Positions 1 through 11,100 of a DNA stretch of 62,775 nt are shown here, in pieces. The stretch is from an uncultured virus (IMG/VR IMGVR_UViG_3300020183_006727) (Duplodnaviria > Heunggongvirae > Uroviricota > Caudoviricetes). The stretch lies in the IMG/VR virus record IMGVR_UViG_3300020183_006727. One strand, 5' to 3'. Position 1 is the stretch's first letter. Every line of letters starts with the position of its first letter. Made by a program: the position numbers and the translations under genes. Below the pieces are notes generated by a model. That model was not told the origin of the DNA and searched no databases. It saw nothing but the letters and a program-made list of their open reading frames with translations.

Positions 1-2
1 GC

Positions 3-3000
3 TACGAGAAGGTTACGGATCTTTTCGCCGGTCTAGATTTTTCTTTCAAGTTTCACAACACGACTCCGCAATTTCCTAAGGTTAGTTTGGACACGGTAAA
101 AACTGATGGTGGAAGCACTGAAAAAGTTGTGACAGGCGCCTTCTTGATGAGACATGACTACTGTTACCTTGACCCTCTTTATATTGATTATGATGATACA
201 GATGGGAACACGACACACAGTGTATCTACGTCTCCTAGTATTGTTGCTGACAATACGATATCTGATGCTGCTACAGTTGAGAGGAATTTCGGGGTGGCTC
301 GTCCTGTTTACAGGACTGCGACGACGATCACGTCTTCTTCGGAGTCCTCAACGATTCCTCCAGGTTTTATCATACCAGCCGATGCGGAAAAAAACTACCT
401 TGCTGAACAGCCATACATCATTATTGAAGTAGATGGTGGCAAAGAAAACAGATTTTTTATATGCATAACTCATGAATCTAAAGTGTCTGTATATGAGGTG
501 ACTGAAGATCCTGAATGGGTTAGTGCTCTTACTACAGGCAGTCAGCAGACGACGACAGTTTTGCGCGGCGGCAAAGAGCATTCTCGATTGCTTGCAACCA
601 TGAACAAGAGCGGTGCATCTGTTCTCACAATGGACGCATTCGAAATAAGTGTGCAGCATTATTTTGGTCGCCTGCAAATATCAATCGATGGCAACGAACC
701 CCTAGTGATTGAAAGAAACAGATGGCCCGACCATATACGGGCAATGGCAATGAAACAAATGTTGACAGAGAGTCAACTTCAGGCTTTAGATGCAGAAAAT
801 AAGCCTGCAAGCAACCAGTATTTTTCCCCCATCAAATTGTCTGGGGTAATTAGGGTTCATATGGGAAATTATCGTGGCGCATTTAATTTTAGCCCACTAC
901 AGTATGTCCCTTCTGTAAGTTTAACCACGCAGTTTCCCGTTACTGCTCATGATGTAGCCTATCCACCTAGTGAAACATCGAGTGAACAGTCTTTTCCACC
1001 ACCCTCGGTATTGGACAAGTCTGCCATAAGCATACTGCTGAGATCCAAGGGGTCTCGAGACGCCACAAAAAATGCTGAAGATATTGAGAATGGCACTGCT
1101 GTTGGATTTGCTGGTGAGGAGCCTTCTTATTGGTTTCAGTCGTGTCTAGAACTCAAAGAAGTTATAGGCAGCAATGAGAAAAGTTTTACTTCTGACAAGT
1201 TTTCTACAGATGTCCGCAAGACAATTCCTGGAGATACCCATGGAGTAACATCCTCTCATGCATCTTCATACGCAGGTTTTCAGGTTTCTAGTCCTTCTGT
1301 CATACAGGCTAGCTATAAAGGTTCGGTAAACACGAATAACCCAACTTCAATAAATATTACACCATCAATCACATTGAAGTCTGGATCTTTGGAGTTGTTA
1401 GGCGGGGATAAGTCGTACATCATAGAAAACTGCCTTAGACCACTATGTACAAGTTTTACAGTTTTTATCAAAGAAGATGAGTCAGATAGGTGGACTTCAG
1501 AGCCTATTGATATCACAAATCATGTCATTTCGTTTGAAGATACCTGGACTCGAGAGGAGCGACATAAGATCAATCACCAAGGAAGCATGACGTTGTATCT
1601 CACCAAGGGTGAGGCTCAGGGTAACTTTGAATCAATAAAACCAGTTTCTGTAACTGGTCAGCAGTACCCTGTCAACAGCGGTGTTGGAGGGCAAAATACA
1701 AATGACAGCCAAGCAGACAAGAGTGATTATCTGGCCTCTTTGCAAGATCGGTATTTCTATGTTACCGTTTATGCATGGCGTGATGGAGCGGGGTACTTTG
1801 ACGGATCGATGTACGTTACTCCTGCATCTGGAGCAGTCCAAAAATCAAGACAAGCTCTTTTCACTGGCATATGTAATGATGTAAGTTTTCAGACTGAGCC
1901 AACCAAAATTATTATGACATGCAATTTGCGAGACTACTCCATGGTGCTTGAGCACATGCGGTGGTTGAATGCTCCATACTATGATGCCATGCGAGACTAC
2001 AACGCAGTGCTAGATGTGATATGTCAAGCTGGGTTCAAGCTTGGTGGGGGAAATTCCTCATCTGAAAACGGCAACGACAGTGCAAGCGCTGGTACCAGTG
2101 CTAGTTCTGGAGCATCTCTAACAAATCCTGGAAGGCTAATAAAAGAACTTGCATCCATCAAGCCACAAAGTGACTATCGTGTTGTTCAATTTGGAGATGA
2201 ACAGGTTATATGGAATGACACTGTTCTTCCCGGCAAGTATGCAACCCTCAATTCCCCGATGTTTAAGCCTGCGGTGTCTGACCCTTACATGTCCATCTTG
2301 GTAAGAATCGCAAAAATGATGGGCAAAACTATGTTTTTTGATGCCAACGGCGTATTTCACTTTGATGTACCTGTTGATGAGGCTGAGATGCAGCAGGTTG
2401 ACAGGGCTACTCAACGGGCTCAAGGTTTCCCACAGATAATGCCAGTGGATTACTTCAGTTGGTCTCCCAACGACACAAAATTGACATTTGGATCGGGAGT
2501 GCCTTCAACTATCAATCAAGCATCTGCAGAGGTTCCATCAGACATTCCTGGGGCAAGCGGTGGATCGCCTGATAGTTTTAATGCCCCGATCGTTGGATCA
2601 AATGCCTACAAATGGTGGAATGTTGTAAGTGGTAGCAGTTATTCTTTCAAGCGATTGACCAAGGATGTTGTGAACGAAATACGCTTGATATCATCCACTC
2701 CAGATATGTCTAAGATGATTGCTGGCCACCTCAACAAAAACTCCATAGTTGACCCAGCTAGCCCAAGTTTCATCGGTTATAAGAAGATGTTTTTCCAATC
2801 CCAGAGTGTTTTTGGGTCTAAAGACACCTTGGAAGGCCAGCTGTCAAGATACTCAAAGATGTTCAATGCTCCAGTTGAGATAACATTTACTGTTCCAGGG
2901 AGAACTGGTTTGCGTCCGATGCAGGTTATAGAATTCAATGGGTTCGGTTCCGCTGGGCCAATAAGATTACTAATTGGCGAGGTTAAAAACAATCTTACTG

Positions 3001-3140
3001 CTGCTGACAACAAGTGGGAAACTACTATCACAGGCTTATACTTTATACCTGGCGAGACAGTAAGGCTGAATGAAACTGCCAGGTGGCAGGTTAATAGAGA
3101 CGGTTCTGTAAGTGATGAAACGGGAGATAATGTTGTCTGA
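3..3140 (+). CDS. Putative baseplate hub / distal tail protein (5'-truncated by window edge)
   Basis: The frame is open from base 3 (YEKVTDLFAGLDF...), so the TTG at 87 is probably not the real start. The C-terminus EITFTVPGRTGLRPMQVIEF...LLIGEVKNNL...WETTITG and the internal KTMFFDANGVFHF resemble phage hub (gpD/gp44/gp27-like) signatures. Confidence 0.6.
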   Translation, partial: YEKVTDLFAGLDFSFKFHNTTPQFPKVSLDTVKTDGGSTEKVVTGAFLMRHDYCYLDPLYIDYDDTDGNTTHSVSTSPSIVADNTISDAATVERNFGVARPVYRTATTITSSSESSTIPPGFIIPADAEKNYLAEQPYIIIEVDGGKENRFFICITHESKVSVYEVTEDPEWVSALTTGSQQTTTVLRGGKEHSRLLATMNKSGASVLTMDAFEISVQHYFGRLQISIDGNEPLVIERNRWPDHIRAMAMKQMLTESQLQALDAENKPASNQYFSPIKLSGVIRVHMGNYRGAFNFSPLQYVPSVSLTTQFPVTAHDVAYPPSETSSEQSFPPPSVLDKSAISILLRSKGSRDATKNAEDIENGTAVGFAGEEPSYWFQSCLELKEVIGSNEKSFTSDKFSTDVRKTIPGDTHGVTSSHASSYAGFQVSSPSVIQASYKGSVNTNNPTSINITPSITLKSGSLELLGGDKSYIIENCLRPLCTSFTVFIKEDESDRWTSEPIDITNHVISFEDTWTREERHKINHQGSMTLYLTKGEAQGNFESIKPVSVTGQQYPVNSGVGGQNTNDSQADKSDYLASLQDRYFYVTVYAWRDGAGYFDGSMYVTPASGAVQKSRQALFTGICNDVSFQTEPTKIIMTCNLRDYSMVLEHMRWLNAPYYDAMRDYNAVLDVICQAGFKLGGGNSSSENGNDSASAGTSASSGASLTNPGRLIKELASIKPQSDYRVVQFGDEQVIWNDTVLPGKYATLNSPMFKPAVSDPYMSILVRIAKMMGKTMFFDANGVFHFDVPVDEAEMQQVDRATQRAQGFPQIMPVDYFSWSPNDTKLTFGSGVPSTINQASAEVPSDIPGASGGSPDSFNAPIVGSNAYKWWNVVSGSSYSFKRLTKDVVNEIRLISSTPDMSKMIAGHLNKNSIVDPASPSFIGYKKMFFQSQSVFGSKDTLEGQLSRYSKMFNAPVEITFTVPGRTGLRPMQVIEFNGFGSAGPIRLLIGEVKNNLTAADNKWETTITGLYFIPGETVRLNETARWQVNRDGSVSDETGDNVV

Positions 3141-3190
3141 GCGACACCTTAAAATGTTGTAGGTTATAGTCCCAAAAAATTGAAACAATT

Positions 3191-3197
3191 GAGGAGG
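3191..3197 (+). promoter_or_regulatory. Shine-Dalgarno site for the 68-aa gene
   Basis: GAGGAGG lies 5 nt upstream of the ATG at 3203. Confidence 0.7.
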
Positions 3198-3202
3198 CAA
3201 TC

Positions 3203-3409
3203 ATGAATGAAAAAATCAATGACGCAGGCAGGCATATGATGCAAGCCATACGTGCTGTTGTTCTAGAAGAAATAGGAAAAACTCAAGGGAATGATGTTGT
3301 TAAAAATCTGAATGATGGCATCCTAGGCACGAGTCTAACCCCATTATCTTCTATAAATTCAGCAGGTGAGGCAAGGGTCGGAGTCAGAAACGGCACCGTG
3401 TCGAGGTAA
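3203..3409 (+). CDS. Small hypothetical protein (68 aa)
   Basis: Has a strong SD, fills the gap between two large genes, and stops 2 nt before the next start. Confidence 0.75.
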   Translation: MNEKINDAGRHMMQAIRAVVLEEIGKTQGNDVVKNLNDGILGTSLTPLSSINSAGEARVGVRNGTVSR

Positions 3410-3411
3410 AA

Positions 3412-6400
3412 GTGGCAGGCAGGACTCCATATTACGGCCTAGGATATTTTGACTTCCGCGACAGGTTAGACGCGGCTGTCAGTGTCCGTTTGGAGCAGGA
3501 AAGATTTCTCACCATTGACAGGCAGATCTTTGGTATGTACTCCCTTTTCGGGGATGGAGTGGTTTCAGGAATGTCAGTTACCACAGCCATCAGTTCTCAA
3601 GGCGGTATGAATGTATATGTGTCTCCAGGCGTGGCTTTCGTCCAAGGTAGAGCCGTATACATAGAAAGTCCCGCCCAGTTGTCTGGGCTGCCTTCCGGCG
3701 ACACCGTTTATGTTTTTCTGCGGGTTGTTCCAGGATTTGGTCCAAGCAATGGTTTAATATTTTGGTCTCCGATATACAATCTGCCGAACGCCATAAGGCT
3801 AGCCAAAGTTACATCCGGGGCTAGCGTCATCAATCAGATTGACAATTCTGTCAAGCAGCAAATATCATTTCGGTCTCTCGTGCTTTCTGAGATAGCCAAG
3901 CACAAGCATCGTGGCTCTCCTTCAAGGATCGATCTTCTCAGGGAGGTTAAGAATTTTCTTCCAGGAGCCAGAGTGGGAGACTTGGATGCCGAGCAGATAG
4001 CATCTGGTCAGTTGGCCTATGAGCGCATGCCAAGGATGAAACATTCTGAGTTGCAGAATGCAGGAACTCTCAGTCATGCTGGACTGGAATCCTTGGCGAG
4101 GTCTCTGCAAACAAGAGATAGGGTTTTGCTTGGTGAGGTCACTGCGGTCAATCAACTTCAGCAGAACATTGCTTTCAGAAAATCTCACCCCAACCACGCT
4201 GACCACCATGTCAACACGATCACTTACGTGCCCGGCACAGTCACCGACAGTATTGTGGATTTTGGAGCCACAACTGCAGCCTACTCACCTGGTAGTGGCT
4301 GTATAGCAGGTAAAAAGCAGACAGCAGGAATCTTAAATGCTATCACCTTTGACACCGAAGGTGAATTGAAGTCTCACTACGCCCACCAGAACACACTGGT
4401 GCTAGCCGGAGAAGATTCTGGCATCACGCTCACATCAACTATAAACGAAGAGACTGTTTTGTTCGCGGATAGTTTTGAAAATGGCGCTGATTCTGGAGTT
4501 CCTGGTTTTTCTTTTGCAGTTGAGACAGCAGCTAGTACTATTGGCATTAGTGGCGATGTTTCTGTACAGACTGATGGGGTCAAGTCGGCTAAATTGCGTT
4601 CTGGGGTTAAAAGCAAGGTCATATTCCGTAAGATAATATCAAGCACTAACAACTGGAGCAATTTCAACAAACTGTTCATGTATATTAGGTGTATAGCAGA
4701 TGTCCACCCTGCAGTTTCTTTTTATTTAGTCAATCAGGGCACCACAAGCACCACGACTGCAAAACAAATAGTTCTCATTGCAAACGAGGTCACTACCAAT
4801 CCAGATCCCGACATGGATAATTTTAAGTTGATTGAATACGACCTCACTCCATTTGAGCGTGGAGCAATAACTTCAATGGTGTTTGAGATAGAAGATGGAT
4901 CAGTTGATTTTTCTTTCAACATTGACGACGTGCGAACATCCACCATAGCCACGACCGAAGTATTTTTTCAGCCAACAGGTTTTGCACGTTATAGGTATGT
5001 TACAAATTCGCCATTTATTCTTCATGCGATAGAATGGAATCCTGGCAATATCCCAAACACTTCTGCTATTGAATTGCGATATAGATATGGCAATTCAGCT
5101 GCAGATGTGGATGCTTCCCTTTTTGAGGGGCCACTGCCGCAGAGTGGAGAGTTGTTGAATGTGTCTGCAACCATAGTGGATATCGAGGTGTCTTTGAGGG
5201 CTACGAGTGATCGTTCTGCTGCTCCGGTTCTCAAGGATTTTTCCATATTGATGAAAACCACCGGAGAAGAATCTGGATTTGTATTTTCTCGTAGAGATCA
5301 GTGGAATTTATGCACATTGAGCAACGCGGAAATTGTTGACTTCGCCTCGGGTTCTTCTGGTGTTCGCATAAAGCCGCCGTTGGACATCGGCAAGATTTTT
5401 TATGCATCAAACGACTCGATACAGCAACTAAAGGAAGATTTTGTCTCAGAGTTTGGATACATGGGTGCTGATTTGCCAATATCTCCTGCCCAGTCTTCAA
5501 GACCGTCTAGCGTGTGGTCTGCCAACGGGCTTCCCACCATTGGCTTCGATCAGGTCAGTTCAATATCGAGAACTTCATATAAGGGCTATATAGTGTCTGA
5601 TACATACAATAATAGAGTTCTTCAGATATCTAGAGACGCAAAATTTGTGAGAGGGGTCGGCAACGCAGAGCCCCTTCCCACCGGAGGTCAGTTTGTCCCA
5701 TTGTGTGCCGTTCTCAATCCTTATACCAGAATTTTGCAGATGGTTTTTTCTGATGATGTAACTTTTGAAGGAAACGCGGATAAGACCAAGTTCACGCTCG
5801 TTGTGGGCTCAAACTCTGTTAGTGGCAACGCTCTTGATGAGGTGGTCACTGCTGGCAGGCCACCTAATGTGTTTCAGATAAAATTGTCTGCCGACAAAGT
5901 GCTTCTGGCCACTCAGGGAAGAGATGAAGGTTTGCAAATTTTCTGCAGATTGGAACCGTCTGTAGTTGGAAGAACATCATATACCAATTCTTCTCTGCTT
6001 GCTGCGAATTACACTCTCAATGGTCTCAGGCTGTTTGTGGGTGATTTCACCTACCTAAATTCAGTGTACCATCCTGTATCTGCTGAGGATGTGGGAGATC
6101 ATTGGCTTATTTGTAACAGTACAATTAATTTTGATAGAATACGTGCTGGTCTGCGTCCAGACTCAGACGAATATTTCCTCAATATAGCGGCCCAAGAGAA
6201 TGCTCTCGAATTCAGGGTTTCATATCGATTCCAAGATAACAATTCACAAGATCCTGATGGAAATCCATACGTGGTTTCCTTCCTTAATGATCCAACAAAA
6301 CCTGGTCACATCGCTCCCGTTCTCCAGGGTAATCCGCCTTTTTCTGGCACTGTCGCAGTGGGTCAAGATCGTGCCTACAGTGCTGTAGCGACCATCACCC

Positions 6401-7068
6401 CTGGTGGGGACGGTGAGGCGATGGTTGGAACCACCTATGTTCTCAGATTGCGTATTCGTATTGAGCAGGAGTCTAATGGCAGCCTTATTGAGACTAATTT
6501 TTCTCCTGCCAGTATAGAGTTGAGAGTGACGGTTATTGACGAGGAGATCGATGAAGGAGACACCCAGCAGCCCACTGTTCCTACCGTTGTCAAACTGAGA
6601 AAGTCAGACTGGGCTGGAGTTTTTGCGTTTGGTGGGGCCACAAGTTTTGCTGTTTCTGATTTTACTCTTGGTAGCGCGGTTGTATTCGATGACGGCAGAC
6701 TTCTGCTTTCTGGTGTGGATTTTCAGTCAGGAACAGCACCGCCGATAAACTCTTGGGAGGTTGATGCGTTCGTCGGTCAGGCACTTGCCAAGCACGCGAG
6801 TTATAGGGGTAGGGTGGTTGTGGTGAATGAGTCTGACGGGACTAGGGCATTCCAGTACACATGCCCTGATGGTTTGTATGCCTCTGATGTTTCCGTGACT
6901 TCTGATGGTCTTTTTCTTGTGGCTGAAAGCGCCATAGGTTCAAGTGCTGGTCGCATTGTTAGGGTGGAATCTTCTGGACAGGTTGTAGGAAACCTTTCTA
7001 ATGGAAGTTTTGGGGTTATCCACGATGCTCGAGAAACCGGCCCTGGACTGACGATGATCAGCACATGA
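3412..7068 (+). CDS. Virion structural protein, tail-fibre/baseplate-like, with C-terminal NHL-type propeller repeats
   Basis: GTG start. The N-terminal TPYYGLGYF...FGDGVVSG domain is shared with 33734-39061. Contains the fibre-like motif LDAEQIASGQLAYERMP and NHL-like YIVSDTYNNRVLQIS and YASDVSVTSDGLFLVAE. Confidence 0.6.
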   Translation: MAGRTPYYGLGYFDFRDRLDAAVSVRLEQERFLTIDRQIFGMYSLFGDGVVSGMSVTTAISSQGGMNVYVSPGVAFVQGRAVYIESPAQLSGLPSGDTVYVFLRVVPGFGPSNGLIFWSPIYNLPNAIRLAKVTSGASVINQIDNSVKQQISFRSLVLSEIAKHKHRGSPSRIDLLREVKNFLPGARVGDLDAEQIASGQLAYERMPRMKHSELQNAGTLSHAGLESLARSLQTRDRVLLGEVTAVNQLQQNIAFRKSHPNHADHHVNTITYVPGTVTDSIVDFGATTAAYSPGSGCIAGKKQTAGILNAITFDTEGELKSHYAHQNTLVLAGEDSGITLTSTINEETVLFADSFENGADSGVPGFSFAVETAASTIGISGDVSVQTDGVKSAKLRSGVKSKVIFRKIISSTNNWSNFNKLFMYIRCIADVHPAVSFYLVNQGTTSTTTAKQIVLIANEVTTNPDPDMDNFKLIEYDLTPFERGAITSMVFEIEDGSVDFSFNIDDVRTSTIATTEVFFQPTGFARYRYVTNSPFILHAIEWNPGNIPNTSAIELRYRYGNSAADVDASLFEGPLPQSGELLNVSATIVDIEVSLRATSDRSAAPVLKDFSILMKTTGEESGFVFSRRDQWNLCTLSNAEIVDFASGSSGVRIKPPLDIGKIFYASNDSIQQLKEDFVSEFGYMGADLPISPAQSSRPSSVWSANGLPTIGFDQVSSISRTSYKGYIVSDTYNNRVLQISRDAKFVRGVGNAEPLPTGGQFVPLCAVLNPYTRILQMVFSDDVTFEGNADKTKFTLVVGSNSVSGNALDEVVTAGRPPNVFQIKLSADKVLLATQGRDEGLQIFCRLEPSVVGRTSYTNSSLLAANYTLNGLRLFVGDFTYLNSVYHPVSAEDVGDHWLICNSTINFDRIRAGLRPDSDEYFLNIAAQENALEFRVSYRFQDNNSQDPDGNPYVVSFLNDPTKPGHIAPVLQGNPPFSGTVAVGQDRAYSAVATITPGGDGEAMVGTTYVLRLRIRIEQESNGSLIETNFSPASIELRVTVIDEEIDEGDTQQPTVPTVVKLRKSDWAGVFAFGGATSFAVSDFTLGSAVVFDDGRLLLSGVDFQSGTAPPINSWEVDAFVGQALAKHASYRGRVVVVNESDGTRAFQYTCPDGLYASDVSVTSDGLFLVAESAIGSSAGRIVRVESSGQVVGNLSNGSFGVIHDARETGPGLTMIST

Positions 7069-7069
7069 G

Positions 7070-8134
7070 ATGCGCAAGGTAGAATATTCCTGTTTTATAA
7101 ACAACACTGGGTTTGGGCATGCCGCCCTTGGCTATTTGCATGTGCTCAGGTCTTGCGGTCATCAAGTTAGAGTCAGAAGCATGCATCCTAGCATCAACCA
7201 GTCATGGATGTCGCATGACGACACTCAAGCCCTTCAGAATGATTTTTCTGGAGTCGCCCAAGTCGGCATATGGCATTCCATACCGCCAAGGTGGAACGGT
7301 CTCGCTCATGGCTCGGAGATGACGGTTGGGATATGCACATTTGAATGCGAAAACCCACCTGCAGATTGGATAAAAACTATAAACTCAAAATGTTCTCATG
7401 TTTGGTATCCAAGCAAGTTTTGTAAATCAGTATTTGAAAAAGCCGGGGTAAAAAAACCATCATCTGTTATATATCACATGGTTGGGGATCCATATTTTCA
7501 CGCCTCTCCCAAGGGCTATGATGGTGGCGATTTTGTCATACTGTCTGTGGGTACATGGAAGGCTAGGAAAAATTGGTCTTCGCTAATTCTTGGGTGTTCT
7601 ATGGCCATGTCTACCGGGCATCAAGTTCGTCTGTTTATCAAGACAGATCGACCCCATGCCGCACGTGCGGAGGTGGTCAGGATCGTGCCTGAATCTCTCA
7701 GGAAGCATTTCATGATTGTTGAGGGGGAGTTGACGGAAAGGAGCATGGCAGGGCTGTATTCGTCTTGCCACGCCTTCCTGTGTGCGTCAAGGGGTGAGGG
7801 CTTTTGCCTACCTGTTGCCCAGGCCATGGCGGCGGGGGTACCCATCCTGAGCACACAGTCTGGTGGAATTTCTGACTTTTTTGACGATTCCTGCGGCCTT
7901 GTCATAGAACCATCTGGTTTGGAGCAGGCTTCTATGGATGGATATCCACAATTCTCATCAAAGTATTGGCCAGTGATTACATCGGAGTCTGTGAGGAGGG
8001 CAGTTGTTGAAGCTGTTGAAAAATACTATGACATCGCATCCAAAAAGGCAAAAAATGCAAAAAAAAGGGCCGAGGAAATGTTTTCGATCTCTTCGGTTAG
8101 AAATCAGATGTCGGAGGCTTTGACCAGAAAATGA
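7070..8134 (+). CDS. Glycosyltransferase, GT-B fold (GT4 / Glycos_transf_1-like)
   Basis: Motifs NTGFGHAA, VWYPSKFCKSVF, FVILSVGTWKARKN and LYSSCHAFLCASRGEGFCLPVAQAMAAGVPILST (E-X7-E motif with Q in place of the second E). Confidence 0.9.
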   Translation: MRKVEYSCFINNTGFGHAALGYLHVLRSCGHQVRVRSMHPSINQSWMSHDDTQALQNDFSGVAQVGIWHSIPPRWNGLAHGSEMTVGICTFECENPPADWIKTINSKCSHVWYPSKFCKSVFEKAGVKKPSSVIYHMVGDPYFHASPKGYDGGDFVILSVGTWKARKNWSSLILGCSMAMSTGHQVRLFIKTDRPHAARAEVVRIVPESLRKHFMIVEGELTERSMAGLYSSCHAFLCASRGEGFCLPVAQAMAAGVPILSTQSGGISDFFDDSCGLVIEPSGLEQASMDGYPQFSSKYWPVITSESVRRAVVEAVEKYYDIASKKAKNAKKRAEEMFSISSVRNQMSEALTRK

Positions 8135-11100
8135 AACAGCCTAAACTCCACATCACTGATGTGAAATCTTCCCATGGTGGCAGGGAAGTTCATTTCAATT
8201 TGGATCTTGATGGCGCAATCGGTTGCAAATTCTCCATAGAAGACGCCTCTCGTGGTGGATCTTTGCCAGTCTCAACCGATGGTGGCAAGAAGTGGCATCA
8301 CAGGTCCTCTGCAGAGTCAGGGTCTGTTGTTGGAGCAGTTAGGGTTCGTCCAACTAGTGACGATTTTGCCATATTCTGTCATGTGGAGGACGGTTTTGGA
8401 TCTGAAGCCATATGTGCGGCTCTCGTCAAGAGACCCAAGTCAGGCAAGAGTAAGAATTTTCATGTGCATGCTTCTCCGGAATTTGTGGCGCACGGCGACA
8501 GGTGTAATATTGTTGTTGATGGGCCTCCATCGTCGTCGTTTAGGATAGGCATAGGAGACAAGAAATATGCAGGTCGCACCAACAAGAAGGGTAGATCTGT
8601 ACTAAAGTTTACAGCCAACCAAATTTTCTCACAAGATCAGATGTCGGCACATTCATTGGTTCGTGTTCCGATCAACATATCTGATAATGAGGAAAATTGG
8701 TCTTACGGTGGATCAGATGTGCATTTTGTACCTTCTGTGTTGAGGACGCTTGCCGCTACCAATGATCCAGCAAGGCCTGGTTGTGTGGTTCTTGATCCAA
8801 CATCATCTCCAGACCATGGTCTCAGATTCATATCTCAAGAGGCACCTTGCTCTGATCTGGCACTTGTTGGTCCACTGTATGACCCTTATGGGTCTGAGAC
8901 AGAACAAGAACTTACCCATCTAGACTCACAATACATCAGTGTTGGAGAGGGTTTCAGCAAAAAGTTTGAGTCCATATCTGGTGGGTGTAACCTCATCGAT
9001 CATGTGTCGGTTGCTGCAAAATTCTTCGATCCGAAGTCTCAGTCTAATTCATCTCTTTTCCCTCCCTATGATTCGGATGATAGGGGCTTGAATGCCTTCA
9101 ATCATGGTGCTTGGGTTTCATACTGCAAGCCGTATGTGGAAACACCTTCGCAGGATGGCGATTGCGATGTCTCGGTGAGGCAGGTCATACCTGTTACAAG
9201 GGTTTTTGTGGCAAGCTCCTCTTCTGTCGCCAAAGTGATGCCGTCGGCAATCGGGCGTGGACTGATTGTTAAACCTCCCGCCTTCACGCATTCCGTGCAT
9301 CCAAAGTCGTCTCCATCTGGAGTCGCCGCTATAGTTATAAGACTAGCCGGCGGTCAGGAGATATCTCTCAGCGCAACATGGTCTTCTTCTGCCTTGCAGT
9401 CACTTGCAAACCAGATAAACGAAGACATCGCGTTGAAATCCTCGGGTATTTACGCAGAGATTATTGATGACAGACTAGATGTATATTCTGAGTCAAAATT
9501 CTCTCTTCTAGCCGGACAGGTTCTCAGCAGTTTGGGCGGCAATGCTATAACCGTTCAGCAGTTCAGTGGGGCCTCAGCCACTTTCAGATGCACTACTATA
9601 AAAGATCTCTCTGCGCATGGCGTTAGCGACATTGGCACACTCGTATTCTTGAGTGGCCCCTTCAGGGGTACCGTATTCTCGTACGTCAAGTCTGATATAG
9701 ACTCGGTGAAGCTTCAGGCTTGTCCTGGTATCAACAGGCCAGGCGGCTTGGTCATTTCCGATGACATCCCGTGCGTTCATGTTGCGTTCTTGTCAGGATC
9801 AGAAAGTCAATCAGCCTCTGTGTCGGAAATTTCTTTGAATGTTCGCGAAGACAATCTTGGTCAGCTTGTATCCTGTGTTTATCCTGCCATATCTTCATCT
9901 TGTCGCGTTGTGTGTCAAAGTCAAGTTGATGGCCTTAACCAATTGTTTATGTATTCTGAGCTCCCAACGAGCCAGGAGCAAGCGAGCAATGGATCTTGGA
10001 TGCAGTTGACGTACAGCGGAGATAATAGGCACCCACGCGTGTTTGACGACAGATATGGAAACATGCATATAGTTTGGGAGCGAGATGTCGGAAATGGAAC
10101 CTTTGTTGCGTATGCCACTATAGGTCCAGATTCGCCCATCTTTTCTTCTAAAATGCTTGTCGCCGATTTCTGCAGATCATCCTCTCTAGATACAAGTCCT
10201 GTTGTTGCTCCAGCAAAACGTGTTTCATCTGTGCTGTCGCTCGAGTATTCAGAGGGAATTTTGGAGTTGCCGTTCAACTCTTCAAACTTTTTGCGGGGGG
10301 TTATACCATCTTCTTCCGCATATATAAAAAGAGAGTTCTTGGGAACCTGTCCATTAAGCATTCAGTTTAACGAAGGTAACTCAAGTTCTTTTATGAGCAA
10401 TGTGCGTGAAATGGATGGATCCCAAGCAGACTTTGCTGGAGTCTTCGAGGGAGACTTGGTCGAGACTGTCATCCTCCATATAGACCCATCTGGCAATACT
10501 ACAAATCATATATACAGTGGCAGCATATCTTTCAATGGAGCCATACTATCAATAGCAGGACAGACGGATGAGATGTCTCTAACTGACAGCATATTTAGCC
10601 CTACAGGCATAACATTCCCCAGCAGAGCAGGTGTGGCAAATTTTTCAGGTGGCGAATTCACACTCTCTGCAGATAAAAAGAGTTTTGATTTCTCCTTAAC
10701 TCTTTCTCCTTTTCAAGCTCTTTTCCAATTGAGGTTGATTGTTGCCGCATCCCATACCCCTATATCAATCAGGACGGGGTGGATAAAGGTTGCAGATGCA
10801 GGGGCATCCGTGGCAATGCCAAGGTCAGACTTGGTATGCCTCGATTACAGTCCGCTTCAATCGAAATGCTGTGCAATCATCCCATACCACACTGATGATT
10901 CAGGAAGGCAGTTTGATGGGACACATAAGTCTATAGGCTACATGGTTGATGCAGATGTTGACATACAGCCATCGTTTTCATTTGATGGCTACATACTGTC
11001 TGGCTCTGCAATAGGAATAAGTCCTGTCATATCCGATGTTTTTTCTAATGACGATGGATTGCAAATTAGAACTGATTTCTATGGGATTTCTCCGTTCGCG

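Noticed and set aside
8057..8100. A8-GGG slippery site near the end of the glycosyltransferase that could fuse it to the 2658-aa gene by -1 frameshift
   Set aside because: The -1 frame hits TAG at 8098-8100 before reaching the next gene.
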